Shown here: piece by piece, positions 63,442 through 64,000 of the stretch
Layout of the letters: every line of letters starts with the position of its first letter
Numbering within the stretch: the stretch's first letter is position 1
Source: Chiloscyllium plagiosum
Lineage: Eukaryota
NCBI RefSeq assembly: GCF_004010195.1
Contig: NC_057719.1
Span: 7,781,974 to 7,845,973 of the forward strand
Reading direction: 5' to 3'
DNA: 64,000 bases
The notes under the pieces: generated by a model
Database searches by the model: none
What the model was told of the DNA's origin: nothing
Seen by the model: only the letters and a program-made list of their open reading frames with translations
Position numbers and translations under genes: made by a program

Positions 63442-64000
63442 CTTCAATAGTATTTAATTGAGTGTCAAGTTAGGGTTCGGGTTTGTGTCGGGTCATCTTG
63501 AAGTCATGAAAAGCGATGCATAAGTACAATGCTTTTTCTTTTCTTTTTCTTCATTTCCTTCAAGCTGACACTCAATACGAAACACCAGCAATAGAAATTA
63601 ATTGGTTTCAGTCTTTGAGCACGGCAATGGAAAATAGGACTGTTTTATTTGAATAGACATTGCTAATGGAGGTTGTGTGGAGGATATTTCCTTACTAGTT
63701 TGGCTGTCAGTTTTTATTAATTTGTGTCTTCATTTATGTTTTTTTTAAATTAAAGATATTGTGGAGAAACAATTGAGTTTGTAATCCTGCTGCTTTTATT
63801 TTCCATTTTGCCCTCTGCTTCAGAAGAAAGTAACCACCAGGGGTCACTTTATCTTCATTGCTGGGAGATTTGCTTCCTTTGGGCTTCTGTTGACTTATTC
63901 CAGCATTTTAATGCCCCCCCTCAAAAAAAGAAATTATCTCATACTTTTCAGTTAGTCAGCTTTTAAACAACAGTGGGAATACCTTATGAACTGACTTCTT

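Noticed and set aside
54200..64000. Further cep128 exons or conserved non-coding elements in unique-looking stretches (57-58.6 kb, 61.4-62.3 kb)
   Set aside because: No splice-bounded frame resembling the next CEP128 segment was found by eye; conservation cannot be judged without alignments

Overview
Eukaryotic (vertebrate) genomic DNA. The HE1-like tRNA SINEs, CR1 LINEs and Penelope-like repeats suggest a cartilaginous fish (shark); this is inference. The window is very repeat-rich and has three N gaps. Left part (3.9-19 kb): a decayed minus-strand endogenous retrovirus with two ~1.1 kb LTRs, a polypurine tract, gag, pro, RT/RNaseH/IN remnants and a gamma-type env. It is riddled with nested CR1, SINE and Penelope insertions. 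Its env SU region carries a Thr-rich mucin-like stretch and two tandem EGF-like modules, the most unusual observation here. Middle (21.9-30 kb): an rbpms2-like processed pseudogene split by a CR1 that is itself interrupted by a 5S rDNA unit, plus a minisatellite and a C2H2 zinc-finger remnant. Right part (34.2-54.1 kb): seven phase-consistent coding exons of a CEP128 orthologue on the + strand; the gene continues beyond the window. Many Penelope-derived terminal repeats carry minimal hammerhead-ribozyme motifs, often in palindromic mini-elements with 9-16 bp target-site duplications. Family names come from recalled motifs; no database searches were run.
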